NCBI RefSeq assembly: GCF_000150275.1
Contig: NW_002060943.1
Location: 2,200,987-2,264,986 of the forward strand
DNA length: 64,000 nt
Source: Trichoplax adhaerens
Lineage: Eukaryota; Animalia; Placozoa
Direction: 5' to 3'
Positions within the stretch are counted from its first letter, which is position 1, and each line of letters opens with the position of its first letter. Positions 1 through 13,261 of this stretch are shown in pieces. Both the position numbers and the translations under genes were made by a program. The notes below the pieces were generated by a model, which ran no database searches, was not told the origin of the DNA, and worked only from the letters and a program-made list of their open reading frames with translations.

Positions 1-344
1 AAATAATATTATGATAGCAAGTTTAGAGTTGAATGAGTAATTTCACTACTTTTCCTAATATTTCTATCTTTTAGCGATAATAGCCCAACACGATTCCTAG
101 TTTCTAGTAAGATATAATTAGAAATAGAATGGTATAATCTTAGCTTGAAATACGCGTAAGTGATATCATTTAAGAATCAAGATGTAGTCTGTAGAAGAAT
201 ATAATACTAATCGCTAAAAGCTATAGTCAATACAGAATAAGTTATCCTTAAATTAGTAGATTGCAGAATTTCTCTTTATGTATACAGTAGCATAGGAGTT
301 TAACAATCGTTGTTGCACACGTCAGTAGTACAACATTTAATTTA

Positions 345-575
345 GGGTAGCTAGACTTTAAAACGGCTTATAGAGTAAGTATCATTCTTGCGTAAGCACT
401 ATTATGAAGATGCATCACTAAGTTGGGGCTAGACTTAAAAAAACTGCGCAAAAGTGTTATATACTTTTGTAAATATACATTACTGGGTTCCAGCTAGACT
501 TAAAAACTGCTCATAAGTGCTAGGTAGGTACTAAATTAGATATACATCATTGAATTCCAGTAAGCTAGAATAAAG
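345..575. repeat. Degenerate ~70-bp tandem repeat downstream of the Rac-like gene
   Basis: Core AGCTAGACTT(T)AAAA..C recurs at about 349, 427 and 492, with a partial copy at 563 and similar flanks. Confidence 0.65.
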
Positions 576-690
576 AATGAAATAAAGTAGTTGCACTTGA
601 ATTGTCGTCTATCTACAAGGCTTAGACGCTTCTATTCCCCTTGAACTAACCTACATGATAGATTGTTACAGACTTCTACTGGATTGGAAA

Positions 691-1278
691 TTACAAAACT
701 TTACAATGTTTTTTCTTCTTTTTGGCTGGTGCAACATCCTTATATAATACAATATTGATGGCTTCATCAAATACTTCTTTTAAACCTTTCTTGGATAATG
801 CTGAACATTCGACATAATTCACTGCTCCTATTTTCTTAGCTAACTTTCGACCTTCTTCGAATGGAATTGGACGTTGATTGTTTTCTTGCATAAAGGCATT
901 AGCTTCTTTATCTTCACGCAAATCTAGCTTGGTTCCAATTAATAAGATTGGAGCATCAGGGCAGTGATGTCTTAATTCTGGTGTCCATTTCTGTAAGACA
1001 TTGTTAAAGGATGAAGGTGATACTACTGAAAAACATAATAAAAAGATATTCGTTTCTGGATATGATAGAGGTCTTAATCGATCATATCCTTCTTGTCCAG
1101 CAGTATCCCAAAGACCCAGATGGATTGGCATCTTTTCTACCAATACATCAACGGTATAGTTATCAAAAACGGTAGGAATATATTCGCCAGGAAATGAATT
1201 AGTTGTATAAGTGATTAACATGGCCGTCTTTCCTACGCCACCATCACCAACCACCACACTCTTGATTGATTTAAGCAT
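691..1278 (-). CDS. Rac-like Rho-family small GTPase, 195 aa, intronless CDS
   Basis: P-loop GDGGVGKT, switch [17 protein letters not shown] (Rac-type W56), TKLD, ECSAL, polybasic tail and CAAX box CKVL. Confidence 0.95.
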   Translation of the reverse strand: MLKSIKSVVVGDGGVGKTAMLITYTTNSFPGEYIPTVFDNYTVDVLVEKMPIHLGLWDTAGQEGYDRLRPLSYPETNIFLLCFSVVSPSSFNNVLQKWTPELRHHCPDAPILLIGTKLDLREDKEANAFMQENNQRPIPFEEGRKLAKKIGAVNYVECSALSKKGLKEVFDEAINIVLYKDVAPAKKKKKHCKVL

Positions 1279-1924
1279 GATGGCCCAGTTATTTTATTCC
1301 TTTACAACAAAGAAAGAAATTACGTTACTCAAGAATAACTTAATTACTATACAAATAAAGGTCTATTTTTTTATACCCAAGTTAATATGTTCTAAAAAAT
1401 AAAATTAGTTGCTTTCAAGTTGTCACTAAAGTATTGATCACTTGTTGAACTTGATTAACCTATCAAGTCTGATACAGAATAAAGCTTTAACGTTGCACTT
1501 CCAATTATATATAATTCATCAATCGTCAATTTAACACTTAGGTGCTATGCAAAGGAATCGTATAACTTCTAAATATGACTATAGCTAGTCCTCACTCGTC
1601 ATCAGAATATGAAAGACAGGACGAAAGGTTCAAGACTGTCATTTACTTTTCGACTCAAGTTATGAGAATGAAGTCATATATTCAGAATACATATTTGGAA
1701 ATTAAAATGGACTTGATCCAGCAAGATAAAGGGGTTTTAACGCAAGTATGTAGTAATAGAATAAAGGTCAATGCCATCTCGCGATTTGGTGAGGACGTCA
1801 AATAGAGCATTAAATAATGTAACTTTGATATCAAAGCCATTCAAAAAATGAGCTGTGGCACCCACTGACGCCATCATTTATTGAAGCGATACGATTAAAA
1901 TGGAGTTAAAAATCGAGGTATAAA

Positions 1925-3330
1925 AACAATTACATCTAGTGTGAAGAGCATCTTGTAGATATTTGCTTGGAAATCAATGAACAGATAGCTATCAATTTTC
2001 GTCTTACTGTAGAAACAGTCTTTTAGTCATGGCAGTAACCATGGACATCGATATTCAATAGTGATTGTTGCTAAATATGGCACTGGCTGATGACATTGAA
2101 ATCGAACTAATGAGCATTAAGTTTCGATAATCATCACATTGAACGTGAAGAGCACACCGGATTACATAGATTTTAATAAGAGATCATGAGGTTAGTAGCT
2201 GATAGCATTGATTTTGTGATAAACTTTATTTTAAAATAGCAATTATTTTAGTATAGCTGCGATACTGACTGATATTATTCTTCATTAAGTTAGTTGCATT
2301 AAAATACCACTAAAATGCCTCGAGTTTCGATAATCAACGCATTGAACGTGAAGAGTATACTGTATTACAGAGATTTCACTTAGAGATGAAGTAGCTAATA
2401 GCTGGCAGCATTGACTTTAGTGTTAAAAAGGTAGAAAAAAATTATTTTCTGTCATGCCAGCAACCATGGTTATCGAGCCTAATCTCAACTTTAAAACGCT
2501 AAATAGCGATTAAGTATAACTGCAGCACTGACTGATGGCATTCATCATTAAATCTATTATATTGAAATGTTACAACTAAAACATAGTCACATCCAATATG
2601 AAGAGTTGAGCGAAATCTCTGCTCACTTTGAGATCAAGTTCGGTAGCTAATAGCTGTAACAATACGTTTTTTGTTATGGTAGAAAGAATTTTTTAGTCGT
2701 TATATCAACTATGGACATCAATCCTAATCCTAACTGGAAACGTTAAATGATGATTAAGTATGGCTACGGTACCGACTGAAAGCATCACTCATTGAATCAA
2801 TCAGATTAAATGTTAAAACTATAACAGAATCGAATTTTAGTAATTATCGCATCTAACATGAAAAGTATCTTGTAGAGATCAATAAATAAGTAGTAGCTTT
2901 TGGATAGCATAGGGTTTTATCTTAGGGTAGAATGAATTTTTCAGCCATTAAAAGCAATTACAGGCATCTTTCTTGCAATCTGGGTTACTTCTATAATGTC
3001 TGAACAATATTTTAATAATAATAATTATAATATTATTGAACTGATAGGCTAAATACAAACTTTTCAATTTTGCTAAATAAGTCGATATTGCGAGTTTCGA
3101 TAATAATCGCAGGACATCATATTAGACATTTCAGTAGGAGATCAACGAACAAATAAATATAGGGGTAAAATTAAATTTCATTTGAGGTAGAAAGAATTTG
3201 ATTCAGTAGTTAGTAGTAACTACAGATATTGTTATCATCCACTGGATTATCATGGCTGAGTAAATTTTCAAGAAAGTTAATTGTTATTGAATCAACGACT
3301 AAAAATAGATTTTTTAACTTCATTTATTGA
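1925..3330. repeat. Diverged tandem repeat, about 6 units of ~190-260 bp
   Basis: Anchors such as GAGTTTCGATAATC..CATTGAACGTGAAGAG, AGAGATCA..TAGCT, GGTAGAAAGAATTT and CCATGGACATCG recur in order near 1930, 2120, 2320, 2590, 2830 and 3090. Confidence 0.7.
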
Positions 3331-6300
3331 GCTGATAAATGAAATGTCTAGTCTGCAGGTCTTATCGGCATAATCGAGAATGTGGTATGAATATAGTCTG
3401 TCGACTGATTAATTCCTTGTACTTCATTTGAAGATCATTATCCTTTATTAAATGGATAGCAGAACTTTAAATTTGTCCACTGCTTAGAGCTATTTTAAGA
3501 GCTATTAGCTATTGGAAGTAAACAGAATAGTTAACTATTTTATACCTGTTTGCACTAACATGCTAATCCAATTTTCAATTTCTATACTTTCGTTACATTA
3601 CTCCATTGAGCTGTATACTCCGTATCCTTTGAATAATTATTCACTACAATTAAATTATCATATTTACTTGCTAATAACTGTCAGGGTAAATTTAATGTCT
3701 GAAAGGACGACTTAAATCAAGAAATGGTACTGATTTATTTCTCTGCGTAATAGATTATATACCTTTGATAAGTATCTCAAACAGCGATAGAATATATTTT
3801 GGCCTCCACGAATTTATAAACCACAAGTAATTCAATAACTAATTATCTTCATGTGGAATAAATTGTTAGCCTATCAAGTATTATCAACTTAGCTTAATAA
3901 GAGAACATATACGGAAAACTTCTATAGCCCACTCTGTTATTAGGTGGGCGTTTAAATTAAATGAAAGGGTGTCCTTGAATCATTAAAAACAGTTTTTCAG
4001 CCATTCAAATCTGGAGAGTAATTTGAAGATATGTACTGTAAATAAATGTTCAATCAATGATCTTACTTATATCGTCATTCATCTTCATCATGATATACAC
4101 TATCTATTAAGATTAATTTTCCGTACAGATTTCTACTCAATCCTATGCTGATGCAAGCTATCAACCTACATAATTAGCTATTTCTTAAAAAGTCGTTGTG
4201 TTATAGATCGATATCATAAAAAAGCCCATTAAAAGAAGAATATTGATATTAGTTTGTATAACGAATCTCTTTATGCATGCATAAAAGTTCATTCTATATA
4301 ATATGCTTCCGTATTTTTACTAACAGAGTCCATAGAAAAAAGGGAGAACGATTGCTGTAGAATATAGAGTGATCCGATTTTGAAGTTGGAGTAGCGAACA
4401 TACATTAACGTTAGTTTTATGACCAAACTTGAAAATGAATGTATAGAAATTTATTCTACAGATGATACTGTACAAGCTGATGCCTTTTTTTTAAACTATG
4501 GCAGTAAGGAGAAAAAGCAATCCTAGTGTATGACGATTTTACTTTGACGACAAGTTCGACCAAAGAATAATAGCAAATGGTAATCACATTGGTTCGAATA
4601 ACTTTTTTTATAGAGGGCACATGTGTTTCAATTATTGTAGCAGATAATTAAAGCAAATAAATGAAGGATGAAAATGATATTTCGAATTTTATGTTAATTT
4701 AGTTTGAATCCTTTTGAATTGAACATGTGGAATTACAGCTATCGCTAAAGCTGTAACATTGCTTGGACTATCTTAATAAAAATGGCTTGGTCATGAAGAT
4801 GTTACGCCTTAAGTTACTGCTACTCCAATCTTTCTTCGGTACCGTAGGCAATGAAACTGATACCAGGGGTTAAACTATCTGATGTAGATTGCGATAATAA
4901 AGTAAATTAAATGAAGATTCTAGCAATAGTCATGAAGAAATTACACAAGTTTAATCGGTTTAAGGGCTTAAAAATTAGAAAGGAAAAGATTTATTGTCAG
5001 CTACTTTCAGGATGATATTATTTTGTAATTCCCGATTTATTGCGATATCCTGTACACTAACTCAATGCTCACTCCGCAGTAATATTTTTAGAATAAGACT
5101 TCTGCTCAAACAGATGAGCCATAATGTGGTGACCAGTGGCTGAGGAGGTAAAGGTAAAGAGCCACTAGTTATACTTACTACGTTCGGTAGTAAATCAAAA
5201 ATGGGATACTAAAACTGAAATAACGGTAAAACAGTTTAGAAGGGAGCGGTGTAGTAAATGTGATAGAAAGTAGAATAGCGCGATGGAGAAGAAAAATCGT
5301 AAGAAACGCCTATAACGATTGGACATAGCACTATTTGTGAGATTGCCTCCAATGCTACCATCATGGCAGAAAAGCATCGAAGCATTGAATTGCAAACACG
5401 GCGCCGACCTAGACACTAGTGCAACAGTAGAGCATGTAATCCAGCCATTGTTTCACTAAAATGAAGCCCTGAGGAAATTTATCGACTCTTTTCCAGCGTG
5501 AAGCAGACATTCTGATAAAAAAGAATTTTTTTTAAAGTTATCTAGACTTAGAACTGCAAAGGTAGTAGAATATCTCACCCATCAGTCTCTTATTAGGATA
5601 ACTATCAGTAAGGCATAAAATACCAGTAGCTGTCTTATCCCGATCATGTCGATCTAGAGCTCTCATAGCCTATAAAAAGCTTTCGTTTAACAGGCTTCTT
5701 GTTTCTTACTGAAAGTAACCCCCTTTTTAACCATAATAAAAAGCAATCAAAATGTCATAAAGATATGTAGAACAGAAACAAGATTTAATATGCTTAATAG
5801 CCGTCGTTTTATAGACTTTAAATAAAGCCATTTATGGTCAACATTCTAAAGTAAGTTTGCTAAACGCTTCTAATTAATCATTATTTTGAAGGAAAAAGCT
5901 ACATGATGGCTAGGACGTGATTTCGCCTGTTGGCAGTTATTTTTTCCATAGAAGGAGAAGTTTTTGGTATAAATATGACTTGAAAAAATCGAGATCATCG
6001 AACAAGATTAAACTGCAGTTAATTTCATTCTTATTTTAAAAGAAAGTCTATCTCGTTTGTACTCATCAAGATCGAAATAAACCAACATGTAGTTTAGTTA
6101 TGTAGTAGGGAAAATCCTGACGAAAGTCATTTGGATCGATTCTGTATTTAAATGTGTGATTTGATGGTGCTCTATTTATTTCATACTAAATATCTTTACC
6201 TGATAATCTTCGATTGAAATTGGTGATATTTCCGTCTAGTGATGCGTCAACCAACTGCTTCTCTACTTGTTGACTATGTCGATCAAATAAAATTTTAATT

Positions 6301-9300
6301 TGAAATGCTTGCAGACTAATCTGACCAATTTATCACTTTATTAATTCGACCGTAATAACTCAAGTTAATTACAATCCACACCCTAATCTTTCTTTTTATT
6401 TCATGTGATTTAGGTCAAGATATTGGTTAATTTTGAGCTTAATGAAACCTGTCATTATCATCATCATTATAATGCCATATTCTCTTTTCTATTGACCAAG
6501 CAAAGATTGTTATTGGTTAGGGATAGTCTTTGTATTGACTTGGTGCCTGAAAGAAAACAACTCCTGGCATGGTTCTACACTTTACCGACAGCAATTTTAT
6601 GGCTAAATTGTGGCCCTTTTGTTATACAGATTAGTCTCAGCAGGTACAGTGCAGGATATGTAAATGTATTGGTCATTTCTGATTCAATCGTGCTACAATA
6701 TAACTGTCTAAAGATTGATTGATCATTTTATTCAAACACTAAGTGGCAAATTAGGATACCTAGGTAGCTCTATTGCAATGAAATAAGAGAGATAGAATAA
6801 AGTTAATTATTTATCTTGAATATTTCTAGGGAGTCGATCGCTATCGATGCAACATAATTAGTGCTCCAAGTAAAATATTGACAGTCTGTGAATGAAATTC
6901 TGCCTAAGGGTCCTATTACGCGATCTACTGCATGCCTGTGATTGGATCTACTTAGTATAAATCCCTTGTTATAGGCTGTAAGTAAAGCGAAATTCAAAGT
7001 ACAGTATAAACTGTTCTTTCCATTCTACACGCAGTTTTCAGTTAAGAATGTAATTTAAACAGTTTATCTATGTAATATAACTGATAAATACGAAGATTTC
7101 TTAACACTATAATGAAATAAATCATTCATTAATCTTCTTAATAATAACATTTTTGGAGTATGGCAAGCGATATGAGTTATGCCAATTTATTGCTTTTTTG
7201 ATGTTGATACTTTTAGACTGTTAAACCTTATTTACAAGAATAGATTACCTAGAACTGATGCTTTCAGAGTCAAATGCCTTAATTGATGCTACGTTAAATT
7301 TAATATTTCATAATTAAGCTACCACAATTTAGTTTTGCCTACTCCAAAGCTTATTCATGTACATGTTTCGCGATGAATTGTTAGTTTATGTCAGAAGATA
7401 TGATTTTATGCAACAAAAATGTTTATAACAAAGTATTTTATCAATTTTACCTGAAACTAGATTGGAAACAATTTTTCTAATTAGATATACTGTATGTATA
7501 GATTTACAGCAATAAAGTAACAGATACGAAAATTGAATTAATTTTAGTTTTATTTATTAGTTCTATTAGTTAATGCTAGCTTTCTATCTTGAAAATACAG
7601 AGACTTAGTCCGATTGATTTTCAGTAACCTCATTGAAATCATTAGGATAGGAAAAGATATTTTGGGGTATATTTAGATAACAATAACGACTTATTTTGCA
7701 GATTTACTCTAAATTAGTGAATTTATTACCACAGTATCGTAATTTTGTTTAAACTGTTAATATAATTTTTCGTTGATCAACGCTGATATAGCTATAAACT
7801 GAACTTGAGCTAACTGATTCATATTGGCTTTTGAGCTAAAGGCCTGTCGATAATACAGATAACTATAGCAACACATTAAACTCTAGTTTATTAGCGTATG
7901 CGGCTATAAAAAGTGTGTTTATAGAACAATACCTTGACATTGGGTATCCAAAGCAGATGAAATCTCTCTCATGTAATAATTAATTAGTAGAGGACCATGG
8001 CTATAGCAAATTTAAAAACGAATTATTATAAAATGTTTGTCGTAATTGATAAATTCGTAGCTGTAGCAAAGACACATTGAGGTACAAATAGAAAATGCAG
8101 CCATCTAATACAGAGCTGAACTAACTAATTAACTAATCTAGACCTACAGTAACAAAGGAATATACTGTCATATAGAATACATTTCATTTCTCTGCTTAAA
8201 GAGTGAAGCAATAGGAATTAAATTAGCTAATTCATTAGTTGACTCTGATATGAAACAGAATTGATTGGACCTTCTAACTTAAGGCTTGTTGTTGTATTAA
8301 AAGTCTAAAGATCGAATTTGAAGTAACCAGGTGTATTTCTACGATGATATCGTGTTGGGCTATCGAAAGGGTATACGATAAGTTGAATACGGGTTTAGGA
8401 AACAAATGAATAATTCAGCTGAAGAACCTTTACACTAATCAGAATGGAATGCAATAATAACTCTGTAAGTAAGTAGTCAATAGGGTGACTGAATTACGTA
8501 AGTCTCCAATTCCAATTAAAAGTAAATAGCACAGATTTATCCGACGTAAGAAATTACAATTATTCGTATGTTCTTGACTTTTAGCGTACTTTATAACTAG
8601 ATTAATTGATATGTATGGGTAATACCATTAATTGAATTTCTTTAGTCAGATTGATTTCCCAGGACATATATTTACTTTCATCTTTCCAGGTATAAAGAGC
8701 TTCTACGAACAGTCAACACAATCATGGGGAACAGCATAAAATTGATCTTGATTGATAAAGAAAGCCATCGATACTGATTTCTGATATCATAACTATATTA
8801 TTACGATTCTTGGTTTAATAGTCTTATTCCAAAATAAGATAGATTAATAATTAATTAATGAATGATATGAATATAAAAGAATTTTAATTGCGATACCTTA
8901 CTGAAGATAGTTCGCCTATTTTTACGAGTATCTTCAGTATGTAAATGGAATTGATTTTTATGTTTATTAACACAGCATATGAATTCTTAGCGTATAACTT
9001 GGAAATTTTTTATTTAGGAAAATAATGAACGTAGGACTGATTAATGGAAAATAATTTAACGAAGGTGATACTATTTACCCCAGAAGCAGCTTTTGTGCTA
9101 TATTTTACCGATTTACTGGATTAATTTCCCAAATCAATAGTCTTTCTAATTTTTAGTGAATGAAGAGTTAGCATAAGGATAATGGCTAATAAAATAATTA
9201 AACTACTTTACAGCAAAGCTATTTATTCTATGAATACGAAATCTAGAAGAGACGATTTTAATGTTCAATTAACATTAGACATTAATTTTCCATCGTACCT

Positions 9301-12300
9301 GATAATGATCTAGACTCAATGAAAGAATTAACAGATGATAAATAAATAATAAATTATATTTTGATAAATAGAAATGATCTATTTTTTATCTAAGATTTGC
9401 AGGTAAAACTTATTTCCTTTGTCTTTCTAATACAGTTTATTTGTTTATTTATCAAATGGTAATCATTTCTATCCTTATTACCGAAAAACGTTTAGATGAT
9501 TGATTAGTAAATAAAAAAATTTGTGTCACATTGAATCATAGATACTTAATTTCATAGGCATAATTAACAACAATCATTTATTAAAGCGAAGTAGACTTTT
9601 AATGTAACAGTCTTCTTTTACTTAATCTTGATCTTAATGTAATTAAGTCTCTCAGGAAATTTCTATTATAAGCTGAAGGTGTTTTTATTCTGGAGCATAT
9701 TGATATATTTGAATAAAAAATTATCTAATTAAATGATGATTAAATCTATAGTATTATAATTTTTAAATTAATTTATACACAATTCATTTACCTAGCGACG
9801 ATAATAACAATTTACCTTTTTTCTAGTCTATAAAATACTGTTACTAGTGTACGTGTATGCAAAATATAATCAACTTTTGCAATACGGTTATAGTAGCGTG
9901 TATTTAAACTATATACATTAATATATCAAAGGCTTTTGTTTTAATAGGTTCAGAAAGATAGCATTTGCTTGTTGTAGATAAATTTATAAATCTTCACAGG
10001 CTAAGATTGTTATGAGACCATCTTTATATCATAGGCAACTAGAGTATAGTTTGTCGACAAGGGACGACTTGGGTAAAGTGATTTTAGATAAATAATGATG
10101 TCTCGATTTATGTCAAATATAGAATTAATAGATCTCCGAGTTTCGCTTGTTTATAACTAAGAATTACAGATTGCTACAAGTACGTCCGTTCCCTAAATTC
10201 CAATTTACTTCCATTTAGATTGATTTATAAGGTTGATTATATAAGAGGAATCATGATAAATCATTAATTGAAAGCTTACTTAGAATTTGATATTTACTAT
10301 TAATTCTAATTCCTAAATTTTGATTAAGATAGCTATACTTGAACTATCTCTTGTTGTATCTGCAGTATTTCGATATTGAATAGCATAGATATTGTTAGTA
10401 AGAGTATCCAAAGAATTAGAAGAAAGAGTTCATTGATTAGCTAACGGATGAGATTCAGATCATAAGGATAATAGTAAAGGAGTTTATGATATATATTCAA
10501 GTAAATCCACCCCAGAATTGATTTCAAGGGTAATTTTATTAAAATACTAGCAAAATAATTAATAAGAAATCTATATGAGAAATCAATTGAACATGGATTG
10601 AAGGTATTTGCTTGAAGATCTTTCTATCAAAGATAGGACTTCATTGATGCAAGATTTTGTCAGTAGAAATAGTCATTTATTAAGATAGATATTCAGAGTC
10701 TTGAGAAGTCTTTAATGTTAACGGCAGTCTAAATATTGGCTTTCTTTCCGGTATTGACTGATGTATCCGGAAATAGCGTTATAAATTTAAGGGAATATTA
10801 TTGATATAGAGTCCACTTTACGCAATAATCGGTTTTTATAGTACTTCCAATTTTACTCAATTTTTGATGCTGGTTATATTTCCAAGTTTAGATCTTTTTG
10901 TTTTTAGATGCAAGATTCATAGTTTGATACGAAAATTTCTATATGAAGAAATTAATTAAATATGAAGTTGATCTTTGTTAGTAGCGTTGTCCAGGTAATA
11001 ATGATTCATGATTTTACGACAAAGTAGTCGACGCATAATTTCCTAGATCGATTAAAAGATTTTGCACCATATTCTCGTGTTATCTATTAAACAACTTACG
11101 GATAATCTAGAATTAGTCTAGGCAAAATACAAAGTGCAATAATTCCTAAATATGCGTTGATCATTATAAGGCTTGGCTATAATTCTTATAGTCGTTGAAA
11201 TATTAAAGCGGTATCGAATAATATTAATTTATGAAAGAAGATATCGGATATTTATTGCTGCAGTAACTTTTTGATCTAAAAATCAAGATAAATGCGTTAT
11301 TTTCTCCGCGATAGCTTAATAATATGGATGGATATATGGATAAAGACAATGGCAGAAAAGAGAGTTTAGCCGAATGAAAACGTTGTAGAAAGTTAAGAAC
11401 ATAAACTTAGCGATGGAATATCTTTAAGACTATTTGCAATCATTCTTTAATGCTAAAGGCTCAATTACAGGGCATAAATAATATCCTACGTCAAGAGTAT
11501 AGTTCTGTTGTACTTAAACACGCTTGTAGTAGATTTTATTCTTTTTATGATAGCACACTATAGTCCTACCTCTACGACGGAAGATATCAGAGTAAAAATT
11601 GGAAAATAAATGTTAAATTTTTATTAGCCGATCTCTTCAATAGTGTGTACAGTTGTAAAGTATTTAATTTATAAATGTGTAAAATTTATCGGATTAATTA
11701 ATTTCCATTACTGCTACTGAAGAATTAACAGATTTATTTTTGCGATGTAACATATGGTTGTATTCCGAAGTATCAAGATAATTTTATGTAGTAGTGAAGC
11801 TAGATAAGGACTTATTATGCAAGATTGATGATAGATTCTTTTTTGAAACTGATACATTCTATCAATTACGTGTTTGACATCTGGCGTAGTTAAATGAAAA
11901 GAAAGAGACAATTGAATTAATCTCACCATAACAGTCATATTATCGCATCATCAATCATTTATTTACGATATTAGGACAAGATATTAATCGTATAACGATT
12001 ATAATTAATATAGAGTAGCATTTTAAAAGATCATTTCTTTAATATCTTATTCTTTATGTAACAGTCAAATTGACAGATGGATACGATAACTAAAGACAAC
12101 ATTTACATGTTATCGAATGGTATCTGCCGTGATATTGAATTAAATTGGATTAGAAGATAGAAGCAAAGACAAACTGTTTTAATTTGCCAATTTTGTCAGT
12201 TTTATATAGGTAAAGTAACAAATTGTAATAAGGACACCTTCATCTAGTTATTTTTGTGATTTTCCATTGACGAAATATTAAAATTATTATGAAAAAATGT

Positions 12301-12460
12301 TTTCAGCAATACAAATGATTGCTGACTATAGTCAACATCTACTATTAGTTCAGGCTAAGAAAGAATATCTGCCCTCCTTTATAAGGCCAAACGTCGTCAC
12401 AATGACATGTTCATAAATTCAGATATGCCTAAAATGACCTTTACATAAAATGCATTACTA

Positions 12461-13261
12461 TTAACTTGCTTGCTCTTTAATAATGACTACTTTAGTTGTA
12501 GAATGGGTGCCTTTGCCTTCGTTATAGACAAGATCATGGAGTAAAATTAAAGCACATAAAATAGCAAGGCCCTGAATTACACAAACTGCGATGCCCATTC
12601 CTACAACACTGTTAAGAATAAATTGTGCGCTCAATCCAGAGCCGGTTGTGCAACCGTTGGTATAAATCACAGAATTACTAATACGGTCTTGACCGCATCG
12701 AGATTGTTGATTGATGCAACATGATGATGGGACTGGATTAGAATTTGTTGCGTTAGTTGCTGAAGTATTAGCCCACAACGAATTGGTATATTCAAGATGA
12801 CTGTTGCCGCCACAACATTGGAATTGTCGTTGTAATCTATCCATTGCAGTAGTAATTGATTGACGATTTGGATCGCCATATTCATTAGTGGCGACATTAG
12901 TTAATCCTTGACCGATAGCAGAAGAAATTTGTGGACTATTGATAGCAGCAATAACAACGCCAGCGATTGACATGGCTAAAACGATAGCAGCAAAAACTAC
13001 ATAGACATATAATGGCTTAGAATTTCTCTTGAAAGCTCCACCACAACCCGAAAAGCCAGAGAAAATCATCATTACACAAGCGACAATGACCAAGATGGCT
13101 GATACAGTTACCGTTCGAATGTTGTTAGGCAATGCAGCTGCAATGTTGTCTGATTGAGATAGAATAATTGCCGCTGCAATGATGATTGATATACTGAATA
13201 AAATCATCACGATGGAGATAACTATAAGAAAAAATCGCGAACATATAGTACAGCAACCCAT
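12461..13261 (-). CDS. Tetraspanin, 266 aa, intronless
   Basis: Four hydrophobic segments; large extracellular loop with CCG, PSSCC, C and GC (6-Cys type); N-terminal palmitoylation-type cysteines (MGCC). Confidence 0.93.
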   Translation of the reverse strand: MGCCTICSRFFLIVISIVMILFSISIIIAAAIILSQSDNIAAALPNNIRTVTVSAILVIVACVMMIFSGFSGCGGAFKRNSKPLYVYVVFAAIVLAMSIAGVVIAAINSPQISSAIGQGLTNVATNEYGDPNRQSITTAMDRLQRQFQCCGGNSHLEYTNSLWANTSATNATNSNPVPSSCCINQQSRCGQDRISNSVIYTNGCTTGSGLSAQFILNSVVGMGIAVCVIQGLAILCALILLHDLVYNEGKGTHSTTKVVIIKEQAS

